Assembly (NCBI GenBank): GCA_040776945.1
Contig: JAXGZN010000002.1
Location: 544,001 to 608,000 of the forward strand
Length of the DNA: 64,000 nt
Direction: 5' to 3'
Origin: Methanomassiliicoccaceae archaeon
GTDB lineage: Archaea > Thermoplasmatota > Thermoplasmata > Methanomassiliicoccales > Methanomassiliicoccaceae
Shown: positions 9,633-19,394 of the stretch, piece by piece
Position numbering within the stretch: position 1 is the first letter of the stretch
How the letters are laid out: the number at the start of each line of letters is the position of its first letter
Position numbers and translations under genes: made by a program
Notes under the pieces: model-generated
The model's database searches: none
Told to the model about the DNA's origin: nothing
Seen by the model: the letters and a program-made list of their open reading frames with translations, nothing else

Positions 9633-12275
9633 TCAGTTCGTTCCCAGTCCTGAGCCTTTCCCTTCTTCGCTCTCATCAAGGTCCTGAGAGTGGCGGCGAT
9701 AGAACAGCGATTTCATCAGCTCCACGAGCAAAAAGTACGATGCCACGAACACGATCAGGAAGATGTAGAAGGAAGGAGGCAGAGGGACGAACGAAAATAT
9801 GCCAGATAGCGGGGAAAAGGGGAGCATCAAGGCGAAGGACACCACCAGAACTGTCGTAACGACCAACGGCAGGCTCGGCCTGCTCCTGAAGAATGGTCTT
9901 TTTCTTGTGCGTATCGCGAAGACGATCAGGGTCTGGGTGGCGATGGATTCGACGAACCAGGCCGTTTGGAACATGGCGTCCGTGGCATGGAATAGGAAGA
10001 TCAGGGCCCCGAAGGTAAGGAAATCATATATGGAGCTGATCGGTCCGAAGAAGATCATGAACTCGCGGATATATCGAATGTTCATGCGTTTCGGTCTCTC
10101 GACATATTCCTGGTCGACATTGTCGGTGGGTATCGTTGTCTCCGATAGGTTGTAGAGCAGGTTCAACAAAAGGAGCTGCAGCGGCAGCATGGGAAGGAAG
10201 GAAAGGAAGATCGAGGCGCCTGCCGCGCTGAACATGTTGCCGAAGTTTGAGCTGATGCCCATCTGGATATACTTCATGGTATTGCCGAAGGTCTTGCGCC
10301 CCTCCATCACCCCATCGTTGAGCACGCGGAGATCGTTCTTCATCAGTATGATGTCCGCCGCCCCCTTGGCCACGTCCACGGCATTGTTGACCGATATGCC
10401 CACGTCGGCGGCACGGATGGAGGGCGCGTCGTTCACCCCGTCGCCCATGTATCCGACCACATGGCCGTTGGCCTTCAGCGCCAAGATGATGTCATCCTTC
10501 TGGGACGGGTTCACACGGGCGAAGATGTTGGCCCGCTCCACCGCGTTCCCGAGGTCCGCCTTGGACATCTTCTCGATGTCCCTGCCCGTCAAAACGCCGG
10601 TGACCTGAAGGCCGATCTCCGAGCACACCTTCTTGGTGACGAGGTCGCTGTCACCGGTGATGATCTTAAGCTCTATCCCAGATCCCTGAAGGACCTTGAT
10701 GGAATCCTTGGCGCTCTCCTTGGGAGGGTCAAGGAAGGCGACAAAGCCTACGAAAACCAGATCGACCTCATCGTCAACGCTGAACGATCTTCTTTCATGC
10801 CCCACGGGCCTGAAAGCAACGGCCAACAGCCGGAGGCCGTCCAGGCTCATGGACCGTGACAGCTCGGCGATCGATCCCAACGCTTCCTGGTCCAGCGGCC
10901 GCCGCTTGCCCTTGAGCTCGTAGGTCCGGGCATCCTTGATGACCTCCTCCGGCGCCCCCTTGGTTATCAAGATGGTCTCGGGCCCCCTTCTGACGACCAC
11001 GGTCGCCTTCTTCCTCACGAAGTCGAAGGGTATCTCGTCGATCTTCTCGATCTCGCCGGCGTCCACGCCTCCATGGGACAAGATGGCCGCGTCCAAGGGG
11101 CTCTTTATCCCCGTCCCCATGGAACTGTTGATGTAGGATAGCTGGAGCACCAGCGCATCGTCCTCCCCCCGGGCGTCAACGAACTTGACCGCCGCCACCT
11201 CGTTCTCGGTGAGCGTGCCGGTCTTGTCCGTGCACAGCACGTCCATGCTGCCGTAGTTCTGGATCGACTCCAGCCTCTTGACCACCACATCCTTCCTGCT
11301 CATGTGCAGGGCGCCCTCGGAAAGGTTGATGGTGATGATCATGGGCAGCAGTTCCGGCGTGAGGCCAACGGCCAGTGCAACGGAGAATAGGAGAGATTGC
11401 AGCAGATCACGTTCATCCAGAACATTGATCAGGAAGACGAAGACGATCAGAACGATGGTCACCCTCATGATGAGGTAGCCGAACCTGCGAGAGCCCCGCT
11501 CGAACTCCGTCAGCGGTCTTCGCTGGACAAGACGCTCAACTATGTGCGCGTACTCGGTGGAGCGCCCGGTCCGCACCACCACCGCCTTGGCCGATCCCCC
11601 GGTCACCGAGGTCCCCAGGAAGAGATAGTTGGTCCAGTTGGCGGATTCCTGCACCATGTCCTCTCTCAACGCTCCAGCGCTCTTCTCGACGGGGAACGAT
11701 TCCCCCGTCAGGACGGATTGGTCGATGTACAGGTCCTTGCTGTCAAGTATCCGGCACCCGGCGGGAACGATGTCTCCGCTGGATAGCAGAACGATATCTC
11801 CTGGGACGAGATCGGCCAAAGGGACCTCTTTTCTCTCCCCGCCCCTCATTACCGTTGCTGTTAGCGCCACCTTTCTGCTCAATTCTTCCGACGCCCTTTC
11901 CGCGCGCCGCTCCTGCACGAACTGGAGGCTGCTGGAGAGGACGACGATGGTGAAGATGACGGCCGCGGAAACGGGGTCACCGGTAAGGACGGTCAGGGAC
12001 CCTGCCGCCAAGAGGATCAGGGATAGGGGGTCCGCGAAGTACCTCCCGAACTTCACCAGCCGATTCTCTTTTTTTCGCTGGACCAGCTCGTTCTTCCCAT
12101 AGACACCGAGCCTGCGGCCGGCATCCTGCGGGTCAAGGCCGGCCTCGGAACTGTTCAATCTTTCCAATAGCTCCGCTCTCTCAAGAGTGAGGAGATCGGA
12201 TATGGAGACGAGACCTTCCTTATCGAAGGCCGGGTCGTTCCCTGCCTTTGAAGCGGCCATCTTCTCCTTCACCAT
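9633..12275 (-). CDS. mgtA: Mg2+-translocating P-type ATPase (P3B)
   Basis: TGES, AVGLTPELLPMI, DKTGTLT, GDGVNDAP and the P3B-typical SSNFGNMFS. Confidence 0.93.
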   Translation of the reverse strand: MVKEKMAASKAGNDPAFDKEGLVSISDLLTLERAELLERLNSSEAGLDPQDAGRRLGVYGKNELVQRKKENRLVKFGRYFADPLSLILLAAGSLTVLTGDPVSAAVIFTIVVLSSSLQFVQERRAERASEELSRKVALTATVMRGGERKEVPLADLVPGDIVLLSSGDIVPAGCRILDSKDLYIDQSVLTGESFPVEKSAGALREDMVQESANWTNYLFLGTSVTGGSAKAVVVRTGRSTEYAHIVERLVQRRPLTEFERGSRRFGYLIMRVTIVLIVFVFLINVLDERDLLQSLLFSVALAVGLTPELLPMIITINLSEGALHMSRKDVVVKRLESIQNYGSMDVLCTDKTGTLTENEVAAVKFVDARGEDDALVLQLSYINSSMGTGIKSPLDAAILSHGGVDAGEIEKIDEIPFDFVRKKATVVVRRGPETILITKGAPEEVIKDARTYELKGKRRPLDQEALGSIAELSRSMSLDGLRLLAVAFRPVGHERRSFSVDDEVDLVFVGFVAFLDPPKESAKDSIKVLQGSGIELKIITGDSDLVTKKVCSEIGLQVTGVLTGRDIEKMSKADLGNAVERANIFARVNPSQKDDIILALKANGHVVGYMGDGVNDAPSIRAADVGISVNNAVDVAKGAADIILMKNDLRVLNDGVMEGRKTFGNTMKYIQMGISSNFGNMFSAAGASIFLSFLPMLPLQLLLLNLLYNLSETTIPTDNVDQEYVERPKRMNIRYIREFMIFFGPISSIYDFLTFGALIFLFHATDAMFQTAWFVESIATQTLIVFAIRTRKRPFFRSRPSLPLVVTTVLVVSFALMLPFSPLSGIFSFVPLPPSFYIFLIVFVASYFLLVELMKSLFYRRHSQDLDESEEGKGSGLGTN

Positions 12276-12717
12276 GGGCTCTCTGATGCATTTTTCCAGG
12301 ACTCGCTAGATAAAGACATCGGCAATGGCATTTCGAACGAACCTTCCCCGGGAAGCGGCATCCCGGGACACGTTGCTCACGCGTTCCATATCATCTGCGG
12401 TTCTCCCGCCCACCTAGGCGGATGATCGGCGGAAGAGGGGCCGCGCTCCCGGAGGCGTCCCGCGAAGGGACAGGGCTCTCAGGCTGCCTCACGGATGTTC
12501 ACCTCCTCCCAGGGAGCTCCAGGGCTATAGGAACGCCATAATGGGGAGCGGCCTTTCTGTCCCAGGCCTACAAAAGTGCGTCGCTCCGTTGTACGCGGCT
12601 GAAAAATCCATCTAAACGTGTTGGGATTGGCGACGACTCCCTCAGGTTCTGCCAGTTTCCATCCCAGTGCCCTAGGTGGTCATGTAGTAGAACATATGTC
12701 GCGTCTGCGAGGCCCGC

Positions 12718-13851
12718 CTACCTCCGGAACTTTGTCCGGTTCCGATAGATCATCAGTGCGACCACGGTGGTCGATACTCCCACGAATACGAAGATGTAGG
12801 CCAACAGGTATGGGCCGATCTCAATGGGAGGGCCCGCGACAGGGTCAACGGTACGGTCCGTCTGCGAAAGCACAACTATGGTGATCAGGTCCCTCGCAGT
12901 GCTGCCCTCCGCGTCGGTCACCAGCAATCTGACCGTATAGGTGCCAGCCTCATGATATTCGTAGGAGAAGGATGCACTGGTGAAAACCCCGCCGTCCCCA
13001 GTGGACCATGAGTACGAATAGGGCGCGACCCCGCCGGCGACCTCTGCGGACAGGGCCGTGTTTAGCGGGGACCTTCCGTTCGTAGCGGTGGATAGGATGG
13101 TAGCGATCATCTGAGCGGCCATAACGGTAACGGTCACGCTGGCCTCGGACCTCGTTCCCACGCTGTCGGTGACCTCCAACGTGACGTTATAGCGGCCAGA
13201 TCTGGCGTATCTGTGCTCAATGTCGGGGTCCTCTGAGGTCGAACCATCTCCGAAGCTCCAAGCATAAGAATATGGTCCGATGCCGCCTGTGACGCGAGAA
13301 TTGAAGGCCACGTCCAGGGGCGCGGGGCCGCCAATGGAAGCGGCAGTGATGGCGACCGTGAGTGGCGGAGGCTCATTGATCGTGAAGTTCGCGGCCAGCT
13401 TCTTCGTGGCCTGATCAAGGATCGTGAGGGTCTGGCCTTTGACATAGATGATTCCCTCGTAGATGCCAGGAACTACGCCCGCTGTGGTGAGCGTTCCCTT
13501 AAGGGTGACCGACCCTCCCTTGGGAATGGACTTGTTCCCGATAAGTTGTATTTCATCCGTCCTGTTGTTCCATTTGATCTCGTACCTTGCTTCGACGATA
13601 TTGATCGCCGTGTTCCCTTCGTTCGTGAGATCGACCTCGAACTGCACTGTCTGGTTAGGATAAGCCGAGTCGGGACGGACAACATAGTCCTTGATCTCCC
13701 AGGCCGACGCGGTCCCGCTGGCCGCGAACAAGACGCCGCCCATTATGGCGGCGGAGATGACGATCGCTGCTGAGGTCAGTGCACCAAATCGCTTCAACTT
13801 ATCAAGAGGCGGCACGGTCTGTGGGAACTTAACATTTACTTCGCGGCCCAT
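12718..13851 (-). CDS. Cell-surface protein with an Ig-like domain and two PKD domains, C-terminal membrane anchor
   Basis: N-terminal hydrophobic signal; PKD motifs YSYAWSFGDG...YNVTLEVTD and YSYSWSTGDG...YTVRLLVTD; C-terminal TM followed by a basic tail. Confidence 0.85.
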   Translation of the reverse strand: MGREVNVKFPQTVPPLDKLKRFGALTSAAIVISAAIMGGVLFAASGTASAWEIKDYVVRPDSAYPNQTVQFEVDLTNEGNTAINIVEARYEIKWNNRTDEIQLIGNKSIPKGGSVTLKGTLTTAGVVPGIYEGIIYVKGQTLTILDQATKKLAANFTINEPPPLTVAITAASIGGPAPLDVAFNSRVTGGIGPYSYAWSFGDGSTSEDPDIEHRYARSGRYNVTLEVTDSVGTRSEASVTVTVMAAQMIATILSTATNGRSPLNTALSAEVAGGVAPYSYSWSTGDGGVFTSASFSYEYHEAGTYTVRLLVTDAEGSTARDLITIVVLSQTDRTVDPVAGPPIEIGPYLLAYIFVFVGVSTTVVALMIYRNRTKFRR

Positions 13852-13924
13852 GTCATCCCATCGAGGGCAGGCATGAGGCCGTGCAGGATGTCCCGCGAGA
13901 TCACACCTCTATATTCTTCAGCGC

Positions 13925-14374
13925 TCACTGGACATATATTTTGGTGAACGAATCGGCACTGAGCTCGGACAAGGGGACCGGCACCGTGATGATCAACTGC
14001 GACAGGCTCTCTCCCGGGCCAAGGGTCACCGTCCGTGAGTTCATGTAGGTGTTCCCGGAAGGAGTATGGACCTCGCAGACCACGGAAGCGGTCCGCTCGA
14101 AGAACGCGTTATCGTTGCGTATCTCGGCCGTGAACACGAAGCCGAGCCCGATGTTGACAGACGTGGACCTGGTGACGGATATTCCCGGCAGGAGAACATA
14201 GCCGAGCGCTAGGAGGACGACGATGGCAAGGGCTCCGAGAACGATGAGCCTGCCGCGCCTCTTCCCTGGGGGCACGTACGGAGCGCTACCGGAAGGCGTC
14301 ATTCTCGAACCACAGGAATTGCAGAAGGCCGCGCCCTCCTCGTTCGTCTTGCCACATCTGTAACATGTTGCCAA
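13925..14374 (-). CDS. Zinc-ribbon membrane protein
   Basis: CYRCG...FCNSCG, one TM, then a beta-rich domain. TTG start after GGTGA. Confidence 0.75.
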   Translation of the reverse strand: MATCYRCGKTNEEGAAFCNSCGSRMTPSGSAPYVPPGKRRGRLIVLGALAIVVLLALGYVLLPGISVTRSTSVNIGLGFVFTAEIRNDNAFFERTASVVCEVHTPSGNTYMNSRTVTLGPGESLSQLIITVPVPLSELSADSFTKIYVQ

Positions 14375-14478
14375 ACCGTCACCGGGCTCGAGAGACAATG
14401 GGCCGACAAAAAGGTTTGGCGGCAATTCTCTGCAAGGGGGCTTTCCGACGACAAAGGTCCGCGCGGGCGGTCCTCGTC

Positions 14479-14922
14479 CTAGCTTTTACTGGTCGTCCGG
14501 ATGACCATCACCGGGCAATGGGCAAACCTGACGACCTTTTCCGCCACACTGCCCAGGAGGAAATGCCTAGCTCCGGTATGGCCCCTGGTGGCCATTACCA
14601 CCAGGTCATGTTCCCTGGAAGTCTCAATGATATCGCGCGCCGGCGATCCCCTGGTGACGATGGCCTTGGCCCGCACCCCCGCCTCTTCGGCCGCCCTCAT
14701 CGCGGCCTCCGCCGCGGCCTCCGCCGCTTTCTGCTGATAGCCGTATACGTCCGGCATCCCCATGCCCTGCTGGATGCTTACGGCGGCCTGGATATCGATG
14801 ATGCTCATGATAGTTACCTCGGCCCCCATGATCTTGGCCAGTCCAATGCCTCTTAGCACAGCGGCCTGGGCGTTCATGCTCCCGTCGGTGGGTATAAGTA
14901 TCCGCTTGTACAGGGCCATCAT
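14479..14922 (-). CDS. Universal stress protein (UspA family)
   Basis: YKRILIPTDGS, DLVVMATRG and LLGSVAEKVVRFAHCPVMVI. Confidence 0.95.
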   Translation of the reverse strand: MMALYKRILIPTDGSMNAQAAVLRGIGLAKIMGAEVTIMSIIDIQAAVSIQQGMGMPDVYGYQQKAAEAAAEAAMRAAEEAGVRAKAIVTRGSPARDIIETSREHDLVVMATRGHTGARHFLLGSVAEKVVRFAHCPVMVIRTTSKS

Positions 14923-14988
14923 ATCACCATATCGGCTGCTGGAACATAGCCCGTTCGGTGCTTGCAGTGGGACACGCCTCCAGAGAGG

Positions 14989-16680
14989 TCACTTTCCAGC
15001 CTCCTTTTCCAGGCCGCACCTATCGAGCATGGGTGCGGAGGGCTCTCCCCTGTCCTTAAAGGAGGTGCTCGCCCCGGCCTCATGATACTCCTCCGAGCTC
15101 TTGAGAGGCACGCTCTTGATCATCACGCTCACCGCCAGCACTGAAAGCACGATGACCGCCCCCATGAAGAACGCGTAGGTGATGCTGTCGCTCAGGGCCA
15201 GTCTGACGATCTCCAATATATGGTCGGGTAGGGGAGGATCGGCCGGGACCAGGAGAAGCTGGCCAAGGCTGTTGGCGCCGGCAGGGAGCCGGTCCAGCTG
15301 TTCAGGGGTGAAGCTGCCAGATAGCTTGCTCACCATCCGTGAACTGACGATGCCGCCCATGACCGCGATCCCCACGGTCCCGCCTATGCTGCGGAACAGG
15401 CTCATGGAGCCGGTGGCGACCCCCATGTCTTTCTTGGGCATCACGTTCTGGGCCGCTACGATATAGTTGGACATCAGCGCCCCCAGGCCGGCGCCCGTGA
15501 CTATCAGGAAGGCCACGGCCTCCGCGGCGGTGCTGCCGGAATGAAGCGTGGAGAGAAGGTACATGCCCAATGCGCAGATCGGAGGGCCGATCACGAGCCA
15601 GATCTTGTAGCCTGTACGCCTCAGCAGGAAGCCGCTCCCTATCGAGGTCAACATGGCCCCGAACATGAGCGGGATGATCAGTTCCCCGCTGTTGCTGGCG
15701 CTCATCCCCACCACCGCCTGGAGGAAGAGCGGGAGGTAGGATATCACTCCGAACATGCCGAAGGCCATGACGAAAAGGCCCACGCTCCCAAGGCTGAAGA
15801 TCGGCTCCTTGAAAAGTCTGAGAGGGAGGATAGGGTCGGCCGCTCTCTTCTCGATTAGGACAAAGGCGGACAGGCATGCCATCGACAGCGCGGTCAGTCC
15901 CACGATCTCAAAGCTGGTCCAGGCGTATGTGCTTCCGCCCCAAGTTATCACCAGCAGGGCGGGGGCCAGCGCGCCGATAAGGGCGATCATGCCCGCGTAG
16001 TCCACCGGCAGGTTCCCGCGGTCGGTGAGCTTGGGGAACTTCATCGAGGTCACCAGTATGGCGAACAGGCCAACAGGCAAGTTGACGTAGAAGACCCACC
16101 GCCAGTCCGTATGATCGACTATGTAGCCACCCATCAGCGGTCCGACGATGGTTGAGAGGGCGAACACAGCACCCAGCATCCCCTGTATCTTTCCGCGCTC
16201 GGTCGGCGCGTAGAGGTCGGCAACGGTGGCCATGGAGATGGGCATCATCGTTCCGGCGCCAAGGCCCTGAACGAACCGGCAGGCGACCAGCATCTCCATC
16301 GAGCTGGACATCCCGGCGAGGAACGAACCGGCCATGAACACCACCATCCCTATCATGAAGATGGGCTTCCGTCCGGACCGATCGGAGAGCTTGCCCGCGA
16401 TCGGTATCACCACGGTCTCCGCCAACATGTAGGCGGTGAACAGCCACGAGTAGAGACCCATTCCGCCGAGCTCGCTCACTATCTTGGGCAGTGCTGTGCC
16501 AACGACCGTCTGGTCCAGGCTAGCCAGCAGCATGCCTAGGGCGAGGCCGAGCATGATGAAGGACCGGCTGCGGGTCCTCCTGTACTTTGCCGCCTCCTCC
16601 TCGCTCATGGTGGCCGGGCCGTCTATCGTCTTGCTCCTCCTTTTTAGCATGAGATGCTCCTTGACATGGTGATCATTCAT
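14989..16680 (-). CDS. MFS drug:H+ antiporter, DHA2/EmrB-like (14 TM)
   Basis: LDQTVVGTALP, GKLSDRSGRK and WRWVFYVNLPVG. Start overlaps the TetR stop (alternative start 16650). Confidence 0.93.
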   Translation of the reverse strand: MNDHHVKEHLMLKRRSKTIDGPATMSEEEAAKYRRTRSRSFIMLGLALGMLLASLDQTVVGTALPKIVSELGGMGLYSWLFTAYMLAETVVIPIAGKLSDRSGRKPIFMIGMVVFMAGSFLAGMSSSMEMLVACRFVQGLGAGTMMPISMATVADLYAPTERGKIQGMLGAVFALSTIVGPLMGGYIVDHTDWRWVFYVNLPVGLFAILVTSMKFPKLTDRGNLPVDYAGMIALIGALAPALLVITWGGSTYAWTSFEIVGLTALSMACLSAFVLIEKRAADPILPLRLFKEPIFSLGSVGLFVMAFGMFGVISYLPLFLQAVVGMSASNSGELIIPLMFGAMLTSIGSGFLLRRTGYKIWLVIGPPICALGMYLLSTLHSGSTAAEAVAFLIVTGAGLGALMSNYIVAAQNVMPKKDMGVATGSMSLFRSIGGTVGIAVMGGIVSSRMVSKLSGSFTPEQLDRLPAGANSLGQLLLVPADPPLPDHILEIVRLALSDSITYAFFMGAVIVLSVLAVSVMIKSVPLKSSEEYHEAGASTSFKDRGEPSAPMLDRCGLEKEAGK

Positions 16681-17317
16681 TATGGACGTCGTCAGCCGGG
16701 GGATGCCCACTGTTGGCGAGCGTCCCGGGCCTCATTCCCAGCAGCCTCTCGCTCAGCACCTGCATTGCTTGGCGTTGCTGCCGCAGCTCCGTTCCCGCAC
16801 GGGTCTCCGGCAGCTCATTGCTCAGGCCGTAGGCCATTGACAACAGCGCAATAGCGGTCTCTCTCGGCAGGTCCGTGTCGAAAAGACCTTCCTTCACACC
16901 TTGACGGACGATATCCTCCATCGGCCCGGTCATGAACGACAGTGCCCGCCTCTCCATCGACAGCCTGATCGAACGGTTCCTCTCCTGGCGGAAGTAGGAC
17001 ATGAGCGTTGAGGAGCGGGAGGCCACGTCCTGCCGAGCGTCCATCAGGGCGTTCAAGCGCTCGACGGCATTGAGCCCCTCCCTCCTCATGACCTCGGCGA
17101 TTGCCGATTCTATCTCGTCCTGAAGCATTTCCAGAAGGATTGCGAGCACTTCCTCCTTGGACCCGAAATAATAGTAGAACAGGCCTTTGGCCACCCCCAC
17201 CCGGGCAGCGACGTCATCGATGGAGGTGTTCTCGAACCCCTTTTCATTGAAGAGGCATCGCGCCGCCTGGATGAACTCATTCCTTCTATCATTGCGGGTC
17301 GCCGCAGAGTGCCCCAT
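16673..17317 (-). CDS. TetR/AcrR-family transcriptional regulator
   Basis: HTH FNEKGFENTSIDDVAARVGVAKGLFYYYFGSKEE; directly upstream of the MFS gene. Confidence 0.94.
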   Translation of the reverse strand: MGHSAATRNDRRNEFIQAARCLFNEKGFENTSIDDVAARVGVAKGLFYYYFGSKEEVLAILLEMLQDEIESAIAEVMRREGLNAVERLNALMDARQDVASRSSTLMSYFRQERNRSIRLSMERRALSFMTGPMEDIVRQGVKEGLFDTDLPRETAIALLSMAYGLSNELPETRAGTELRQQRQAMQVLSERLLGMRPGTLANSGHPPADDVHNE

Positions 17318-17327
17318 CTTGATCAGC

Positions 17328-17340
17328 TGACCGTCAGTCA
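17328..17340. promoter_or_regulatory. Putative TetR operator TGAC-N5-GTCA
   Basis: TGACCGTCAGTCA inverted repeat between a minus-strand TATA-like ATAAATA (~17353-17359) and the tetR ATG. Confidence 0.6.
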
Positions 17341-17466
17341 AATGAAAGCTCATATTTATGCGTTGCTTGCCCGGGGCCCATCATCAGCATTTGGTCAAGA
17401 AGGCCCCAAAGCATCGACCGGAAATAGGAAAAGGGTTTTATCGGCCAAGGGTCTAGAGGAGACCGC

Positions 17467-18630
17467 ATGTTCCTGACCAGGGATGAAGAGGCCATGCTGG
17501 CCGGCGAAAAGGGAGAGGGCATAAGAACAGCGATGGAGCTGCTGGTCGCTCTCGGCGACATATATGAGGCGAAGAGGCTGGTACCCATCGTTTCCGCGCA
17601 TCTTTCCGGTGTATCCTACAAGACAATCGGGGAGGGAGGGATCAGCTTCCTTCAATCTTTGGCCAAGGACGCTAAGGTGCGGGTGCCTACGACGCTGAAC
17701 CCTGCAGGCATGGACCGCGAGAAATGGAAGGAGATGGGCATATCTCCCCGTTTTGCCGACCGGCAGCACCTCATCATCGAGTGCTACGGGAAGCTGGGGG
17801 TCGATACTGATTGTTCTTGCACCCCATACCTGGGGAACAACGTGCCCAAGAAGGGCCAGACCTTGGCCTGGGCGGAATCCAGCGCTCTCTCCTTCGCCAA
17901 CTCGGCGATCGGAGCGAGGACCAACCGGGAGGGCGGCCCTGGGGCGCTCGCCGCTGCAATAATCGGAAGGACACCGGAGTACGGCCTTCACCTGGATGGC
18001 AACCGGACGCCGGGCATCGTGGTGGAGGTCGAGGTCGAGGAGGTCGATTACTCCCTGCTCGGACATGCCGTGGGCTCTTCGGTCGGGAACCGCATCCCCT
18101 ATTTCCGCGGCATCAGGCCTACTGCTGACCAGCTCAAGACATTGGCGGCGGCGATGGCCGCGGCCGGATCGGTGGCCATGTTCCACGTTGAGGGCGTTAC
18201 TCCCGAGGCCGACCCCCTATCGATCGAAGGCTTGGAGAGGCTGCATCTCGGCCGGGCCGAGGTGGAGGCGGCAAGGAACAAGCTGGACCGCGGGAGGGAC
18301 CCCGAGCTGATCGCCCTCGGCTGCCCACACCTCTCGGTCGATGAGATAAGAGGCCTGGCCGCCAAGCTCGAGGGGAGGAAGCGGAAGGGCGATGCCGAGG
18401 TGTGGTTCTGTACCTCCCGGCACACCGCGGCAAAGTGCCCCCGCGAGCTGGGGGTTCTGTCGAAGTTCGGTAAAGTGGTATGCGATACCTGCATGATAGT
18501 GACCCCTATAGAGGAGAGGTTCAGAAGCACCGCCACGAACTCTGGGAAGGCGTGCTGCTACCTGCCCAACCTGTGCTCCCAGAAGGTCGTGTACCGATCT
18601 ACCGAAGGATTGCTGGAGATGATATCCTGA
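17467..18630 (+). CDS. Aconitase X large subunit / phosphomevalonate dehydratase large subunit (DUF521)
   Basis: AHLSGVSYKTIG, TTLNPAG, CSCTPY, WAESSA, GARTNREGGP, GCPH, DTCMIVTP and TNSGKA. Confidence 0.93.
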   Translation: MFLTRDEEAMLAGEKGEGIRTAMELLVALGDIYEAKRLVPIVSAHLSGVSYKTIGEGGISFLQSLAKDAKVRVPTTLNPAGMDREKWKEMGISPRFADRQHLIIECYGKLGVDTDCSCTPYLGNNVPKKGQTLAWAESSALSFANSAIGARTNREGGPGALAAAIIGRTPEYGLHLDGNRTPGIVVEVEVEEVDYSLLGHAVGSSVGNRIPYFRGIRPTADQLKTLAAAMAAAGSVAMFHVEGVTPEADPLSIEGLERLHLGRAEVEAARNKLDRGRDPELIALGCPHLSVDEIRGLAAKLEGRKRKGDAEVWFCTSRHTAAKCPRELGVLSKFGKVVCDTCMIVTPIEERFRSTATNSGKACCYLPNLCSQKVVYRSTEGLLEMIS

Positions 18631-19394
18631 TACTCAAGGGCAGAGGCATATCCAAGGGCCGTGGGGAGGGCGAGGTCGTTCTGAGCGAGTCACCGGTATC
18701 GTTCCTCGGCGGCGTGGAGCCCTCCACCGGTAACATCGCAGGCCGGGAGGACGGCCGCTCTGTAAAAGGCAAGGTGTTCGCGTTCCCTCAAGGCAAGGGC
18801 AGCACCGTTGGCTCCTATGTCCTCTTGGAGATGAGACGGAGGGGAACACTGCCGGCGGCGATCATCAACTCCGTGGCCGAGCCGATCGTGGCCACAGGAT
18901 CGGTAATGGCCCGGGTTCCCATGGTCGACCGCATTGACCTTGGGCTGCTAAGGGAGGGCGACCTCGTGGTGGTGGACGGCGACAGCGGAACGGTTGAGCT
19001 GCCGGGTGTACGGGAGAACCATGTTGTGAGCTGCGTTCTTATGGACGGAGAGAAGATGCTCCTATTGAAGCGCAGCAGCGAGGTCGGCACCTTCCGCGGC
19101 TATTGGGCGTCGGTCAGCGGGTTTGTAGAGGAGGACGAGACGCCAGCGGAAACGGCCTGCAAGGAACTGCAGGAAGAGATCGGCCTGGACCTGATGTTCG
19201 AAAAGGAAGGCAGGACCGTCACAGTAAGGGACGGATGCACGGTATGGCATGTGCACCCTTATCTGTTCAGGGCCACCCGTCCCAGGGTGGTGATCGACTG
19301 GGAGCACACCGAGTACAGCTGGGTGCGCCCCCAGGACCTAAAGGATTTCCAGACCGTTCCAGGGCTTGCGGGGATAGTGCGGGACCTTCTCTAG
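18627..19394 (+). CDS. Aconitase X swiveling (small) subunit DUF126 fused to a Nudix hydrolase (probable CTG start)
   Basis: ILKGRGISKG, SFLGGV and GKGSTVGSYV (DUF126), then Nudix box GFVEEDETPAETACKELQEEIGL and IDWEHTEYSW. Confidence 0.9.
   Translation: MILKGRGISKGRGEGEVVLSESPVSFLGGVEPSTGNIAGREDGRSVKGKVFAFPQGKGSTVGSYVLLEMRRRGTLPAAIINSVAEPIVATGSVMARVPMVDRIDLGLLREGDLVVVDGDSGTVELPGVRENHVVSCVLMDGEKMLLLKRSSEVGTFRGYWASVSGFVEEDETPAETACKELQEEIGLDLMFEKEGRTVTVRDGCTVWHVHPYLFRATRPRVVIDWEHTEYSWVRPQDLKDFQTVPGLAGIVRDLL

Noticed and set aside
12532-12545. 14-mer AACGCCATAATGGG repeated at 56147-56160, both copies intergenic
   Set aside because: Several 14-mer matches are expected by chance in 64 kb; a near copy also occurs inside a CDS (~13740) and the promoter positions are inconsistent.
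12320-12717. Possible Mg2+/Mn2+ riboswitch or leader upstream of mgtA
   Set aside because: A TATA-like TTTATCTA at 12315-12308 implies a short leader; only short GC hairpins are present, with no M-box or yybP consensus recognised.
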